64,000 nt of DNA, from NCBI GenBank assembly GCA_938038735.1, contig CALHSW010000034.1, positions 46,335 to 110,334 on the forward strand. The letters run 5' to 3'. This document shows, one piece after another, positions 47,152 through 56,123 of this stretch. The first letter of the stretch is position 1; every line of letters begins with the position of its first letter. This DNA is from an uncultured Bacteroidia bacterium (lineage in GTDB: Bacteria; Bacteroidota; Bacteroidia; Bacteroidales; CAJPTX01). The notes under the pieces were generated by a model that was not told where the DNA came from, ran no database searches, and saw only the letters and a list, made by a program, of their open reading frames with translations. The position numbers and the translations under genes were made by a program.

Positions 47152-49319
47152 GGTGGAAACAAGCTGTGTGGGCTTTGATTCCCTTAATGGTTTCGTGCAA
47201 CCTGCGGGTGCAACCGGCAAAGGTTGATCCAAATGACGGAGAGCATCTTGTAGGAGCCTGCACTGCGTGGCTCTCGCATTTCGATTCGCTTGTCTATGGG
47301 CTTCATTTTGATGAAGCGCAGCGTTTGGTGGATAGCATGGGGCGGATTGCAGAGGTTGATAGCAGTTGGCAAGCTGCGTTTTATAGCCGTTGGATGTCTT
47401 CCGCCCTCACCTACGTGGAGGATCGGGATGGCAGGGCGCTGGATACGCTTGAGTATCTGTATGTGTCGCAAGGCAGTAACTTGTGCTCACGGGCGTACTC
47501 CAGGCTAGGGTTAGTGCTCGCCGCCATCTATACCTGGAATGAAAATCCTGCGCTGGCATTGATGTACACCCGTGCGGTGCTGCTGGAGTCGAAGGAGATG
47601 GGTGATGAGGGGATGGTGCAAGCGGCGCTGCTGCAAATGTTGACAAATAGCTGGCAGCTAGGCGATACGCATGTGGTTGACTCGATTCAGGCGGAGCTGG
47701 GGCGGCTGTCGCTTAGCGCGGAGGGGCGGCCCCATATTTTACCCCATGTATTGCGGCTGGTAGATAGCGGGCAGTGGGAGAAGGCAGCCGTGGCGCTCGA
47801 CTCGTTGCGGGGCGAATACCTCCGATCGGATAACCTGCTATGGGCAGGATACGTGGCGCAAGGCGTGGCAGCGGCGAGGCTCAAGCAGGGAGATACGGAG
47901 CAGGCGTTATCCCTATTGCGGTGGGTAGATTCGTTGCCATCCCAACGAGTCCCAGCGCAAAAAGTTTTTGCATCGTGGACTCTCTATGGGCGCTGCTACG
48001 CCGCGAGGGGGGAGTTTCAAAAGGCTATCGTATCCTACCAACAGGCGCTGGACGATGCCGAGTCGTTGCACGCTTCGCTATATAGGGCGAAGGTGCTGCG
48101 TCTGCTCGGCGAAGTCTATAGGGAGAGTGGGAACTACCGGCGGGCTGTTCGCATGAAGAGCCTCGCCGTTTCGCTGCAAGATTCAGTAGCGAGCGCACTC
48201 TCTGTGAAGCTCTTCAGGAGCGTGGATAATATGCGGGGGCTACAGGAAACGCTGTCGGCCTACGAGCGGCAGCTCGCGCAGGAGCAGAAGCAGGAAGCCA
48301 AGCGCAATAGGTGGAGCGTGTCGGCACTCGTGGCCTTGGCGTTGGCCATTACGCTGGTAGAGATATTGCTCTATCGGCTCTGGATTGTGCTGATAAAGAA
48401 GCGGAAACAGGGGGAGGAATTGCAGTCGCTTACCGTGGCGCTGCGCCAGCGTAGCGAGGCCCTCGACGAGCAGGGAAAACGATTGGAACGGTTGCATGCG
48501 GAGGCTCTTAAGCAGACCAATCAGTTGCTTAGGGTTCACTCAGCCATGCGTGGCAAGACAGCCAAAACGATGCAGAGCGTCACATATGCAAGCTCCATAC
48601 AGCAGTCGCTGCTGCCAACGGCGCAGGAGCGGCAGGCCCTTTTTGCTGATAGCTTCCTGATTGCTAGGGCAAAGAATGTGGTATCGGGCGATTTGCTTTG
48701 GTTGGGCAGGTGCGGCGACCAGGTGGTAGCCGTTGCGGTGGATTGCACGGGATATGGGGTGTCGGGGGCATCTCTTTCGTTTATTGCCTACATGCTGTTG
48801 AATTCGGTGGTACTTGAGCGGGGCATAAGCGATCCGCCCGTTGTGTTGAAGGAGGTTGATGTGGAGCTTCGGGAGTTGCTGCAAGGCACGGATAAACGCT
48901 TTCAAGGAGAGGTGGCCATTGATTTAAGCGTGCTTACCATACACCCCGCCACGCGCACAGCAAGCTTTAGCGGAGAGGGGCGACAGCTTTTCTATAGCCC
49001 CGATGGCCGCACGGTGCACTGCCTACATGGCAATGCGTGTGCCTTGGACGATAGTAGCTTGCATGGACCACCCCTGACCATGGCAACCATCTCCTACGCC
49101 CCGGGTGCGCTCTTCTACTTGCTGACCGATGGGCTGGTGCAGCAGCTCAATTCAGACCATGAGAAGCTGGGCATGCAGCGCATTAGCCGCACGTTGGAAA
49201 AGATTCTCCAGCTCCCCATGCGGGAGCAGGAGCGGGAGTTGCTGGGACTATTCGCCCGGCATAGGCTTGCAGAGGAGCAAACCGATGACATCACGGTGCT
49301 AGGGATGCGCATGGCGTAA
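47148..49319 (+). CDS. Lipobox-TPR-TM-coiled coil-SpoIIE/PP2C phosphatase, paralogue 2
   Basis: The ATG at 47148 overlaps the upstream TGA (ATGA), and 47142 is also possible. The N-terminus is MRWKQAVWALIPLMVSCNL. The architecture matches paralogue 1. The PP2C motifs are VSGDLLWLGRCGDQVVAVAVDCTGYGVSGASLS, LLTDGLVQQL and TDDITVLGMRM. Confidence 0.83.
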   Translation: MRWKQAVWALIPLMVSCNLRVQPAKVDPNDGEHLVGACTAWLSHFDSLVYGLHFDEAQRLVDSMGRIAEVDSSWQAAFYSRWMSSALTYVEDRDGRALDTLEYLYVSQGSNLCSRAYSRLGLVLAAIYTWNENPALALMYTRAVLLESKEMGDEGMVQAALLQMLTNSWQLGDTHVVDSIQAELGRLSLSAEGRPHILPHVLRLVDSGQWEKAAVALDSLRGEYLRSDNLLWAGYVAQGVAAARLKQGDTEQALSLLRWVDSLPSQRVPAQKVFASWTLYGRCYAARGEFQKAIVSYQQALDDAESLHASLYRAKVLRLLGEVYRESGNYRRAVRMKSLAVSLQDSVASALSVKLFRSVDNMRGLQETLSAYERQLAQEQKQEAKRNRWSVSALVALALAITLVEILLYRLWIVLIKKRKQGEELQSLTVALRQRSEALDEQGKRLERLHAEALKQTNQLLRVHSAMRGKTAKTMQSVTYASSIQQSLLPTAQERQALFADSFLIARAKNVVSGDLLWLGRCGDQVVAVAVDCTGYGVSGASLSFIAYMLLNSVVLERGISDPPVVLKEVDVELRELLQGTDKRFQGEVAIDLSVLTIHPATRTASFSGEGRQLFYSPDGRTVHCLHGNACALDDSSLHGPPLTMATISYAPGALFYLLTDGLVQQLNSDHEKLGMQRISRTLEKILQLPMREQERELLGLFARHRLAEEQTDDITVLGMRMA

Positions 49320-49426
49320 CCCATCTTTCACTATCTAGTAAAATTTGAAGGCGTGCAGCCTTGCTTTGGCCGTTGAACGGTCATAAATGCTGCGGTTTAG
49401 TTTGCCCTTTGAAGGCTATTAACCGG

Positions 49427-49493
49427 CTACCAACACCGTACCCCCTTCGCATCAAATTCGGATTTCTCCGGAGAAATCCGAATTTGATGCGAA
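49427..49493. repeat. Palindromic intergenic element, copy 2 (perfect 48-bp palindrome at 49446-49493)
   Basis: 49441-49493 is identical to 311-363. It lies in the convergent gap between the PP2C paralogue 2 gene and proS. Confidence 0.9.
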
Positions 49494-49614
49494 TTTGAAC
49501 CGAATGGGGTGCGAAGCCGTAGGCTGTTGCCGTACGGCTATGCGAGGCGTTCATGCCATGGAGAACGGGTCTTTGTAACTTGGTTTACAGCACCGTGGGG
49601 TGAAAATATACGTA

Positions 49615-49648
49615 TACAAAACGGCCGCCGCTCCAAACGGAGCGGCGG
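49615..49648 (-). terminator. Rho-independent terminator of proS (minus strand)
   Basis: ccgccgctcc-aaac-ggagcggcgg forms a 10-bp GC stem 23 nt after the proS stop. It is followed on the minus strand by gttttg. Confidence 0.7.
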
Positions 49649-49670
49649 TCGTCCCTATTAGCCTATTACA

Positions 49671-51146
49671 CTAGTATGCGCGGGCGAAGAGCACGCGGCG
49701 ATGCGATGGGCGGCCGGTGCGTATGCAGTGCCCTTCCTCGGCGGGGGCATCGTGCGGGATGCAGCGGATGGTGGCCTTTGTCTCCTCCTTGATGAGAGCC
49801 TCCGTTTCGGGCGTGCCGTCCCAGTGGGCGGCCAGGAAGCCCCCCTTCTCATCGAGGAGCCGCTTAAAGGTTTCGTAGTCGTCCACGGGGGTGATGTGCG
49901 CCTGCTGGTAGCTCAGCGCCCGATTGTATAGGTTCTGCTGTATCTCCTGCATTAAATCCTTTGCGTGCTGCACCGCGTTGTCGATGGAAACGCTGTGCTT
50001 TTCGCCCGTGTCGCGGCGCGCCACCTCCACGGTCCCGTTGGAGAGGTCTCGAGGGCCTATGGCAAAGCGTACCGGAATGCCGTGTAGCTCGTGCTCTGCG
50101 AACTTAAAGCCGGGCTTCAGCGTATCGCGGTCGTCGAAGATGGCGGATAGCCCAGCGTTGGTGAGCTTCTCCTTTAGGTCGTTCGCCACGGTGGCGATGG
50201 CCTCCCGCTCGGCTTGCGTTTTATAGATGGGCACGATGGCCACATGTATCGGGGCGAGCTTGGGCGGGAGTATGAGGCCGTCATCATCGCTATGCGCCAT
50301 GATGAGCGCACCCATGAGGCGCGTCGAAACGCCCCAGGAGGTGGCCCATACGTAGTTGGAGTCGCCCTTCTCGTCAACGAACTTCACGTCGAAAGCCTTG
50401 GCGAAGTTCTGACCCAGGAAGTGGGACGTGCCGGCCTGCAATGCCTTTCCGTCCTGCATGAGCGCCTCAATGCAGTAGGTGTCGATGGCCCCGGCGAAGC
50501 GTTCGGTTTCTGACTTTACGCCCACGATGACGGGTAGCGCCATCCACTCGCGCGCAAAGGTTTCGTAGACGTGGATCATGCGTTTGGCCTCCTCAATGGC
50601 CTCCTCGCGGGTGGCGTGGGCGGTGTGCCCCTCCTGCCATAGGAACTCGGCGGTGCGTAGGAAGAGGCGGGTGCGCATCTCCCAGCGCATCACGTTGGCC
50701 CACTGGTTGATGAGGATGGGGAGGTCGCGGTACGACTGGATCCATCCCCTATAGGTGTTCCAAATGATGGTTTCCGAGGTGGGGCGTATGATGAGCTCCT
50801 CCTCGAGCTTTGCCTCGGGGTCCACTATAACCCCCTTCCCGTCGGGCGACACCTTTAGGCGGTAGTGGGTCACCACGGCGCACTCCTTCGCGAAGCCCTC
50901 CACGTGGTCGGCCTCCTTGCTGAGGTACGATTTGGGGATGAGGAGGGGGAAGTAGGCGTTCTGGTGGCCGGTGGCCTTAAACATGTCATCGAGGGCGCGC
51001 TGCATCTTCTCCCAAATGGCGTAGCCATGGGGCTTTATCACCATGCAGCCGCGCACCGTGGAGTGCTCGGCGAGGTTGGCTTTGGTTACCACGTCTGTGT
51101 ACCAGCGGGAGTAGTCCTCCGCGCGAGGTGTGATCTCTTTTGCCAT
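49671..51146 (-). CDS. proS: Proline--tRNA ligase (archaeal/eukaryote-like type)
   Basis: ORF 49671..51221 was trimmed to the ATG at 51146 ([20 protein letters not shown]). [36 protein letters not shown] and [18 protein letters not shown] are present. At 491 aa it has no INS editing domain. Confidence 0.94.
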   Translation of the reverse strand: MAKEITPRAEDYSRWYTDVVTKANLAEHSTVRGCMVIKPHGYAIWEKMQRALDDMFKATGHQNAYFPLLIPKSYLSKEADHVEGFAKECAVVTHYRLKVSPDGKGVIVDPEAKLEEELIIRPTSETIIWNTYRGWIQSYRDLPILINQWANVMRWEMRTRLFLRTAEFLWQEGHTAHATREEAIEEAKRMIHVYETFAREWMALPVIVGVKSETERFAGAIDTYCIEALMQDGKALQAGTSHFLGQNFAKAFDVKFVDEKGDSNYVWATSWGVSTRLMGALIMAHSDDDGLILPPKLAPIHVAIVPIYKTQAEREAIATVANDLKEKLTNAGLSAIFDDRDTLKPGFKFAEHELHGIPVRFAIGPRDLSNGTVEVARRDTGEKHSVSIDNAVQHAKDLMQEIQQNLYNRALSYQQAHITPVDDYETFKRLLDEKGGFLAAHWDGTPETEALIKEETKATIRCIPHDAPAEEGHCIRTGRPSHRRVLFARAY

Positions 51147-51173
51147 GATGTTGCTTTCTTGGTATGCATTTTG

Positions 51174-51181
51174 TACTTTTG
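51174..51181 (+). promoter_or_regulatory. -7 promoter box TACTTTTG
   Basis: It matches TAnnTTTG and lies 67 nt upstream of the ATG at 51248. Confidence 0.4.
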
Positions 51182-51247
51182 CCTGTACAAACAAGTCGCG
51201 AAGTAACGAAAAAATACCCAAGCGGCGTAATTATGGGAGGCAACGAG

Positions 51248-52741
51248 ATGAAGGCTAGATGGTGGACATTAGGATTGGTAGGCGTATCGCTCGTGATGGC
51301 GGGGTGCGGAATGGCGGGGCAGGGTATTAGCGGGGCGAGCCCGGTCAACGGTAGCTACTACACGCAGGAGGATGCAGTGCATGATCGAGAGGTAGCCCTG
51401 GCACGGCGCGAGGCGGAGCTGGAGCGGCTGAAGCGGCGGGAGGCGGAGCAGCGGGCTGCCGAGGCGGAGCGTAAGGCGCAGCGGGCGCAGGCTGATGCTG
51501 CGCGCGTCAAGGAGAAGGCGGCGCAGGAGGCTGCCGCGGCGCAGCAAAAGCAGGAAGAAACACGCGAACTCGGTCCTGAGGATTTTGACTCCTACGCGGA
51601 GTACCGCGAGTACGTTGATAATCGGAATGCCGGCGTAAAGCGGCCAGCGAGGCGTGAAACCAGCTCCTACAGCGATGGGGAGAGTCGTTATGATAACAAT
51701 CGGAGCAGCTCCCCGGTCTACTCGGAGCGCTACAGCGATGGGCGGGGAAGCACCACGGTGAATAACTACTACATTGAGACCCCCTCGCAGCGCTACGCCT
51801 CAGCGTCTTGGAACTACTGGTACGGCCGCCCTAGCTATAGCTATATCGTTACCTTTGACCCATGGTTCAACGTCCGGTACAGCGTCTACAGGGATTGGTA
51901 CGACCCATACTACTTCGGGTATGCTTACGACCCGTTCTGTTCGCCGTACCCAATGCGTTGGACGTACGAAATGTATGCATACGACTACTACTACGGCTAC
52001 TATGGCTACTACGGCTATCCGTACGGTCGTGGGCAGGCGTGGCGGAATGGCTACTACTGGGGCTACAATGACGGCTATCGGGATGGCTACTACAATGGTG
52101 GCGGCTACGTGCCGCAGGCTTCTATACCATCGCCGCGCCGCGTGGAGGGGGTGCGATCGCCAAGGGCGGCCTCGATGAGTGGGTATGGCCGCGCGCAGCG
52201 TTCGGCAACTGCCGGGGTGAGGAGTCGTGCGCAGAGCGTTGCGCCAGGCTATTCTAGCCCCGATGGCTACGGCAGCTCCTCAATGGGGCGCAATGGCATG
52301 GCCACCCGAACCCGTGCAACTGATGCCGCTCCAGCGTATAGCAACCGAGATGCGGGTAGCGATATGAATGCACCCGCCACGAGGGGAGCGAATCGTGGTA
52401 CTGCGACTCGGACGAGGGCAACCTCCACCACGCCTAGCGTTTCGCGGCCTACCTACACGCCCCAGGCACCATCCACTAGCTATCCAGACAATCGCTCAAA
52501 TCAGAATGTGGGCACGAGGACAAGAACCCGCAGTGCGTCGCCATCAAGTCGTGTAAACTATCAACCGGCACCCAGCGCGCCAAGGAGTACGACTTCTGCC
52601 CCGGCAACGAGGACAAGAACCACTACTCCTAGCCCTAGCCCAAGCTATACTCCTAGCCCAGCTCCGAGCTACAGCGCGCCTGCACCGAGCAGCTCGCCTT
52701 CCACGAGGAACGGCACTGCCACGCGTACGCGTACGCGGTAG
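51248..52741 (+). CDS. Low-complexity lipoprotein (coiled coil + Tyr/Gly/Trp-rich block + five TRTR motifs)
   Basis: ORF 51164 was trimmed to MKARWWTLGLVGVSLVMAGCGMAG (lipobox). It has the charged helix REAELERLKRREAEQRAAEAERKAQRAQADAARVKEKAAQEAAAAQQKQEE and the block YDYYYGYYGYYGYPYGRGQAWRNGYYWGYNDGYRDGYYNGGGY. The five motifs are ATRTRAT, ATRTRAT, GTRTRTR, ATRTRTT and ATRTRTR-stop. No family was recognised. Confidence 0.65.
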   Translation: MKARWWTLGLVGVSLVMAGCGMAGQGISGASPVNGSYYTQEDAVHDREVALARREAELERLKRREAEQRAAEAERKAQRAQADAARVKEKAAQEAAAAQQKQEETRELGPEDFDSYAEYREYVDNRNAGVKRPARRETSSYSDGESRYDNNRSSSPVYSERYSDGRGSTTVNNYYIETPSQRYASASWNYWYGRPSYSYIVTFDPWFNVRYSVYRDWYDPYYFGYAYDPFCSPYPMRWTYEMYAYDYYYGYYGYYGYPYGRGQAWRNGYYWGYNDGYRDGYYNGGGYVPQASIPSPRRVEGVRSPRAASMSGYGRAQRSATAGVRSRAQSVAPGYSSPDGYGSSSMGRNGMATRTRATDAAPAYSNRDAGSDMNAPATRGANRGTATRTRATSTTPSVSRPTYTPQAPSTSYPDNRSNQNVGTRTRTRSASPSSRVNYQPAPSAPRSTTSAPATRTRTTTPSPSPSYTPSPAPSYSAPAPSSSPSTRNGTATRTRTR

Positions 52742-52816
52742 CTATCCGTTTGATATTAGGGAGTAGAAGCCCCATGTTGAGGTGAGTGTGGGGCGTATAT
52801 TGAAAGGGGAAATGCT

Positions 52817-54364
52817 ATGAAAATGAAAAGAATATTGGCGGTAGGCGTGACGTTGGCCCTGGGGGGGCTGACGTACGCTACGGCGCAGACGATGGATGAC
52901 CTGGTGCTATACTCGCTGGAGGATCAGACGGGATCGGCGCGGGCAGTGGGGCTGGGAGGGGCTCTAGGGGCTGTGGGGGGCGATATGGCCTCCATGGCTG
53001 GCAACCCCGCTGGGCTGGGGATGTACAGAGGAATGGAGTTCTCGGGGACGGTTTCGCTGGGGGGGCATGCGGTGCGCACCCGCTTTGTGGATCAAAAGAG
53101 CATTGCGCGGCGCCTGGTGCCAGGGTTTGATGGTACCGCCGCCATTTTCTCGCTGCGGGTTGGTGATGTTGACAAGACGAGCGGGCTGCTGCGGGTGAAT
53201 TTTGGTATCGGCTACAATAAGCTGCAGAGCTTCCGCTTCCGGCAGTCCTACAAAGCGGAGGTGAACGATGGGAATTCGCTCCTAGCGGCCATAGCGAGCG
53301 AGTCAAATGCGCAGGGGCTGGTTGGAAACAATTTGTTGCGGGGGAATAGCTATGTGCCATACGATACGCAGCCGTGGTTCCCCGCCGCGGCTTACGGTAG
53401 CTACCTAATGCTGGATGGAAGCCCTAAGGGAACTTTTAAGGCTCCATGGATCCTTTCGGGGACAGCGGGGTTTGTGGATGAGCGGTTGCGGCAGTCGGTG
53501 GTAAAGGATAGTAGGGGTTCTTTGGGCGAAATTGATATGTCTGTGGCGTTCAACGTGACGAATCGTATCTACTTTGGCGCCACGCTAGGAATTCAGCTTC
53601 TGGAGCGAGAGGTGAACACCCGCATGCGGGAGGAGACGGCTGAGGAGAAGGATGCCGGTTTGCTATGGGGGCAGTTCAACTCGTACGATAGGGTAAAGGG
53701 GGCTGGCGTAAATCTGAAGTTGGGCGCACTCTACCGCCCCGTGGATGCGCTCCGTATCGGGCTGGCGTTCCATACGCCTACGTTTATGAATGTTGAGAAT
53801 CGCTTCTCCTTGAGTGCGCGTGGGGAGTATAGGAATCCAGACACTGTGTACGGCGAACCGGAGGTACCAAAGACTGCGGATAGTTCAGGGGTCTACGAGG
53901 GAGAGTTTAGCTATACTGGACCGATGCGGGCTATGGCCTCTTTGGCCTATTCCTTTGGGAAGCGGGGGCTGGTGACGGCGGAGTACGAGATGACCTACTT
54001 GCCGCTCATGCAGTTTTCGGGGATGGATTACGCGCAGGATAACGAGGATATAGAGAAGTATTTATTGCCGACGCATGAGGTGCGTGCTGGCACGGAGTGG
54101 TTCTTTGGCGCATTGGGGGTTAGGCTAGGAGGAGGGTTTAGAACATCGCCCTACCGTGCGGATGAGTTCTCGCCGCTACGCTGGAGAATGTACGTGAGCG
54201 GGGGGATAGGCTATTATGGGAGTTATTTCTTCTGCGATTTTGCGTATCGCCATACCATCCAGCCTGGGGAGGGGTACATGTACCAAATGGGAGGATACCA
54301 GCGGGCGTACGATAGCCGTTTCTACAGGGGTACAGGCTTGTTGACGTTCGGGTTCCGCTTTTAG
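52817..54364 (+). CDS. Outer-membrane beta-barrel protein, FadL/PorV-like
   Basis: 515 aa with signal peptide MKMKRILAVGVTLALGGLTYATAQ. The N-terminal motif GSARAVGLGGALGAVGGDMASMAGNPAGLGMY resembles the FadL/PorV family pattern. The terminal F in LLTFGFRF is a beta-signal. Confidence 0.65.
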   Translation: MKMKRILAVGVTLALGGLTYATAQTMDDLVLYSLEDQTGSARAVGLGGALGAVGGDMASMAGNPAGLGMYRGMEFSGTVSLGGHAVRTRFVDQKSIARRLVPGFDGTAAIFSLRVGDVDKTSGLLRVNFGIGYNKLQSFRFRQSYKAEVNDGNSLLAAIASESNAQGLVGNNLLRGNSYVPYDTQPWFPAAAYGSYLMLDGSPKGTFKAPWILSGTAGFVDERLRQSVVKDSRGSLGEIDMSVAFNVTNRIYFGATLGIQLLEREVNTRMREETAEEKDAGLLWGQFNSYDRVKGAGVNLKLGALYRPVDALRIGLAFHTPTFMNVENRFSLSARGEYRNPDTVYGEPEVPKTADSSGVYEGEFSYTGPMRAMASLAYSFGKRGLVTAEYEMTYLPLMQFSGMDYAQDNEDIEKYLLPTHEVRAGTEWFFGALGVRLGGGFRTSPYRADEFSPLRWRMYVSGGIGYYGSYFFCDFAYRHTIQPGEGYMYQMGGYQRAYDSRFYRGTGLLTFGFRF

Positions 54365-54393
54365 AGATTTTGAAAGGATAGGCTAGCTGTGCG

Positions 54394-54427
54394 GGGGCGG
54401 ACCGGTGCTGGGCCGCCCCTTTGTTTG
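54394..54427 (+). terminator. Rho-independent terminator after the barrel gene
   Basis: The ggggcgg...ccgcccc stem is followed by tttgtttg, 30 nt after the stop. Confidence 0.7.
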
Positions 54428-54477
54428 GAGTGATTCGCAGGGTTTGCCCTCCGCAGCCACCCTTTTTCATCACCACG

Positions 54478-54650
54478 TTGAATTTGCGCTCGCAGTCGGT
54501 CGTCAGGGTCAGTCTTTCAGACTGGCTCGCCTTTTAGGCGAGGAGACCGGGGGTTTAAAAACCCCCGGCTATTCAAAGACCGTCCTCCGGACGGAAAGCG
54601 CAGCGGCTGCGCCGCACCCCTTCAAACATCTGCGCTTTCAGTTGTGCAGG
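54478..54650 (+). repeat. Four-hairpin dispersed element, full-length copy (plus orientation)
   Basis: It reads ttgaatttgcgc..ggtcagtctttcagactgg-ctcgccttttaggcgag-gagaccgggggtttaaaaacccccgg-ctattcaaagaccgtcctccggacgg..ggctgcgccgcac. Confidence 0.85.
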
Positions 54651-54769
54651 CAACCGTATATGGCCTCTCCTACATTTCGCAACCTATAGCGGTGTAGCTT
54701 TGCGCATTATTCTGCTGCGGGCACGGCCAACCGAATACCGTCACAACCTGCACCAACGCAGATTAAAAC

Positions 54770-54950
54770 CCGCATAAACCTGCACGCACTGCTACCAAAC
54801 CGGCACATACAATGCGCCACGTCCTTGCATGGATTCTCGCTGCCCATGCAATCCCGTCCGAAGGACGGTCTCTCAATAGCCGAGGGTCTTTAGACCCCCG
54901 GATTCTTGCCCACAAGGGCAAGACAGTCTGCAAGACTGACCCTGATGACC
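54770..54950 (-). repeat. Four-hairpin dispersed element, full-length copy (minus orientation, with an internal insertion)
   Basis: The reverse complement reads ggtcatcagggtcagtcttgcagactgtcttgcccttgtgggcaagaatccgggggtctaaagaccctcggctattgagagaccgtccttcggacgg...gtttatgcggg. It lies tail-to-tail with the 54478 copy. Confidence 0.8.
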
Positions 54951-55107
54951 TTGGCACTATTCCTTCGGCCGCACGGGTTGACCATTGTTGCCGACCTCTC
55001 GGGGAGTATAGGTAACAATTTTTATCTTCAAAATGCGCGGGGTGAAGAGGCTGATTTGTTGCTTTTTTCTTTACTTCGCGGCGTGAAGAAACTTAGCGCG
55101 AAGAGAG

Positions 55108-56100
55108 ATGAAAAATGCGGGAGGTCTGCCGCAGGATGGTAGACAGCCAGAAGTTCAGAGTCTTTTTATAACCCATTGGGACTTGAGTTTGCCAACGCTA
55201 GGCAAGGAGGAGGCGGGAAAGAAGGTGCAGCCACGCAGCGTGGAGTTCCCCTTGGTAGCGGCTGGGGCGCAGCTGTGGGTGCGTGCTGAAGGGGCAGCGG
55301 AGTGGACGTTGGGCCCTGTAGCCGAAGCCGAGGTGCTGGATGTGGACGAGGATACGCAGCGCGTACCGCCAACGGTGGTGGACATTGCGGCGTTGCTGCC
55401 CTCTGTAAAGGGCAGTCGCTTCGAGATAGGCGTGGAGCCTGGCGCGCTGCAGGGTGTGCAGTTTGGGGGGTACTACGAGTCGGAAGAGAGCTACGTGCCT
55501 ATGCGGGATGCGCAGCGATTGGTGGCGGTAGTGCAGTGGGGCACAGCGCAATGGACAGAGATGTACGAAGCGTTTGCCGATTGCAGCAATATGCAGATTA
55601 CTGCGACCGATGTACCCGATTTGGCACGGTGCGGGTCGCTGCACAGCGCCTTTATGGGGAGCGGCGTGGAGGAGGGGTTTGCAGGGTGGAACGTGGGGAG
55701 TGTTGTTGATATGAACGCTATGTTCTACGGTTGTAGCCGGTTCGTGGGGAAGAGCCTTGCAGAGTGGGATGTACGGAACGTGGAGTCGATGGCAATGATG
55801 TTCATGGAGTGCGAGAATTTTGACGGCAAGCTGGGGCGTTGGAACGTGGCGAATGTTCAGGATTTTACGTCTATATTCTCTGGGTGTAGCGCGTTTCGAG
55901 GAAGGGGGGTGGAGCGTTGGCAGGTGCAGGAAGAGGCGGAGCGAGAGGGGGCTTTTGATGGGTGTTTCTCACTGCTGGAGGGGCAGCCCGCATGGATGGG
56001 GGAAATGGACGAGGGAGATGAAGGGCGCTATGAGGATGACGAGGCGGAGCGCGGGGAAAGGGTTCGCAAGTTCCGCCCCAATGCTGCGGCGGATGATTGA
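55108..56100 (+). CDS. DUF285/BspA-type leucine-rich-repeat protein with an acidic tail
   Basis: 330 aa. The repeated W(N/D)V.xV..M..MF..C..F pattern appears in WNVGSVVDMNAMFYGCSRFVGKSLAEWDVRNVESMAMMFMECENFDGKLGRWNVANVQDFTSIFSGCSAF. No signal peptide or T9SS CTD is visible. The start is uncertain. Confidence 0.7.
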   Translation: MKNAGGLPQDGRQPEVQSLFITHWDLSLPTLGKEEAGKKVQPRSVEFPLVAAGAQLWVRAEGAAEWTLGPVAEAEVLDVDEDTQRVPPTVVDIAALLPSVKGSRFEIGVEPGALQGVQFGGYYESEESYVPMRDAQRLVAVVQWGTAQWTEMYEAFADCSNMQITATDVPDLARCGSLHSAFMGSGVEEGFAGWNVGSVVDMNAMFYGCSRFVGKSLAEWDVRNVESMAMMFMECENFDGKLGRWNVANVQDFTSIFSGCSAFRGRGVERWQVQEEAEREGAFDGCFSLLEGQPAWMGEMDEGDEGRYEDDEAERGERVRKFRPNAAADD

Positions 56101-56123
56101 GTTGATTGCAAGGATTGGGTCAC

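Noticed and set aside
51774-52178. Alternative-frame ORFs (51774..52178, 51862..52071, 52368..52556) inside the low-complexity lipoprotein gene.
   Set aside because: The repetitive ggctac/tac DNA keeps several frames open. Only the 51248 frame has a lipobox signal peptide, promoter box and continuous ORF to 52741.
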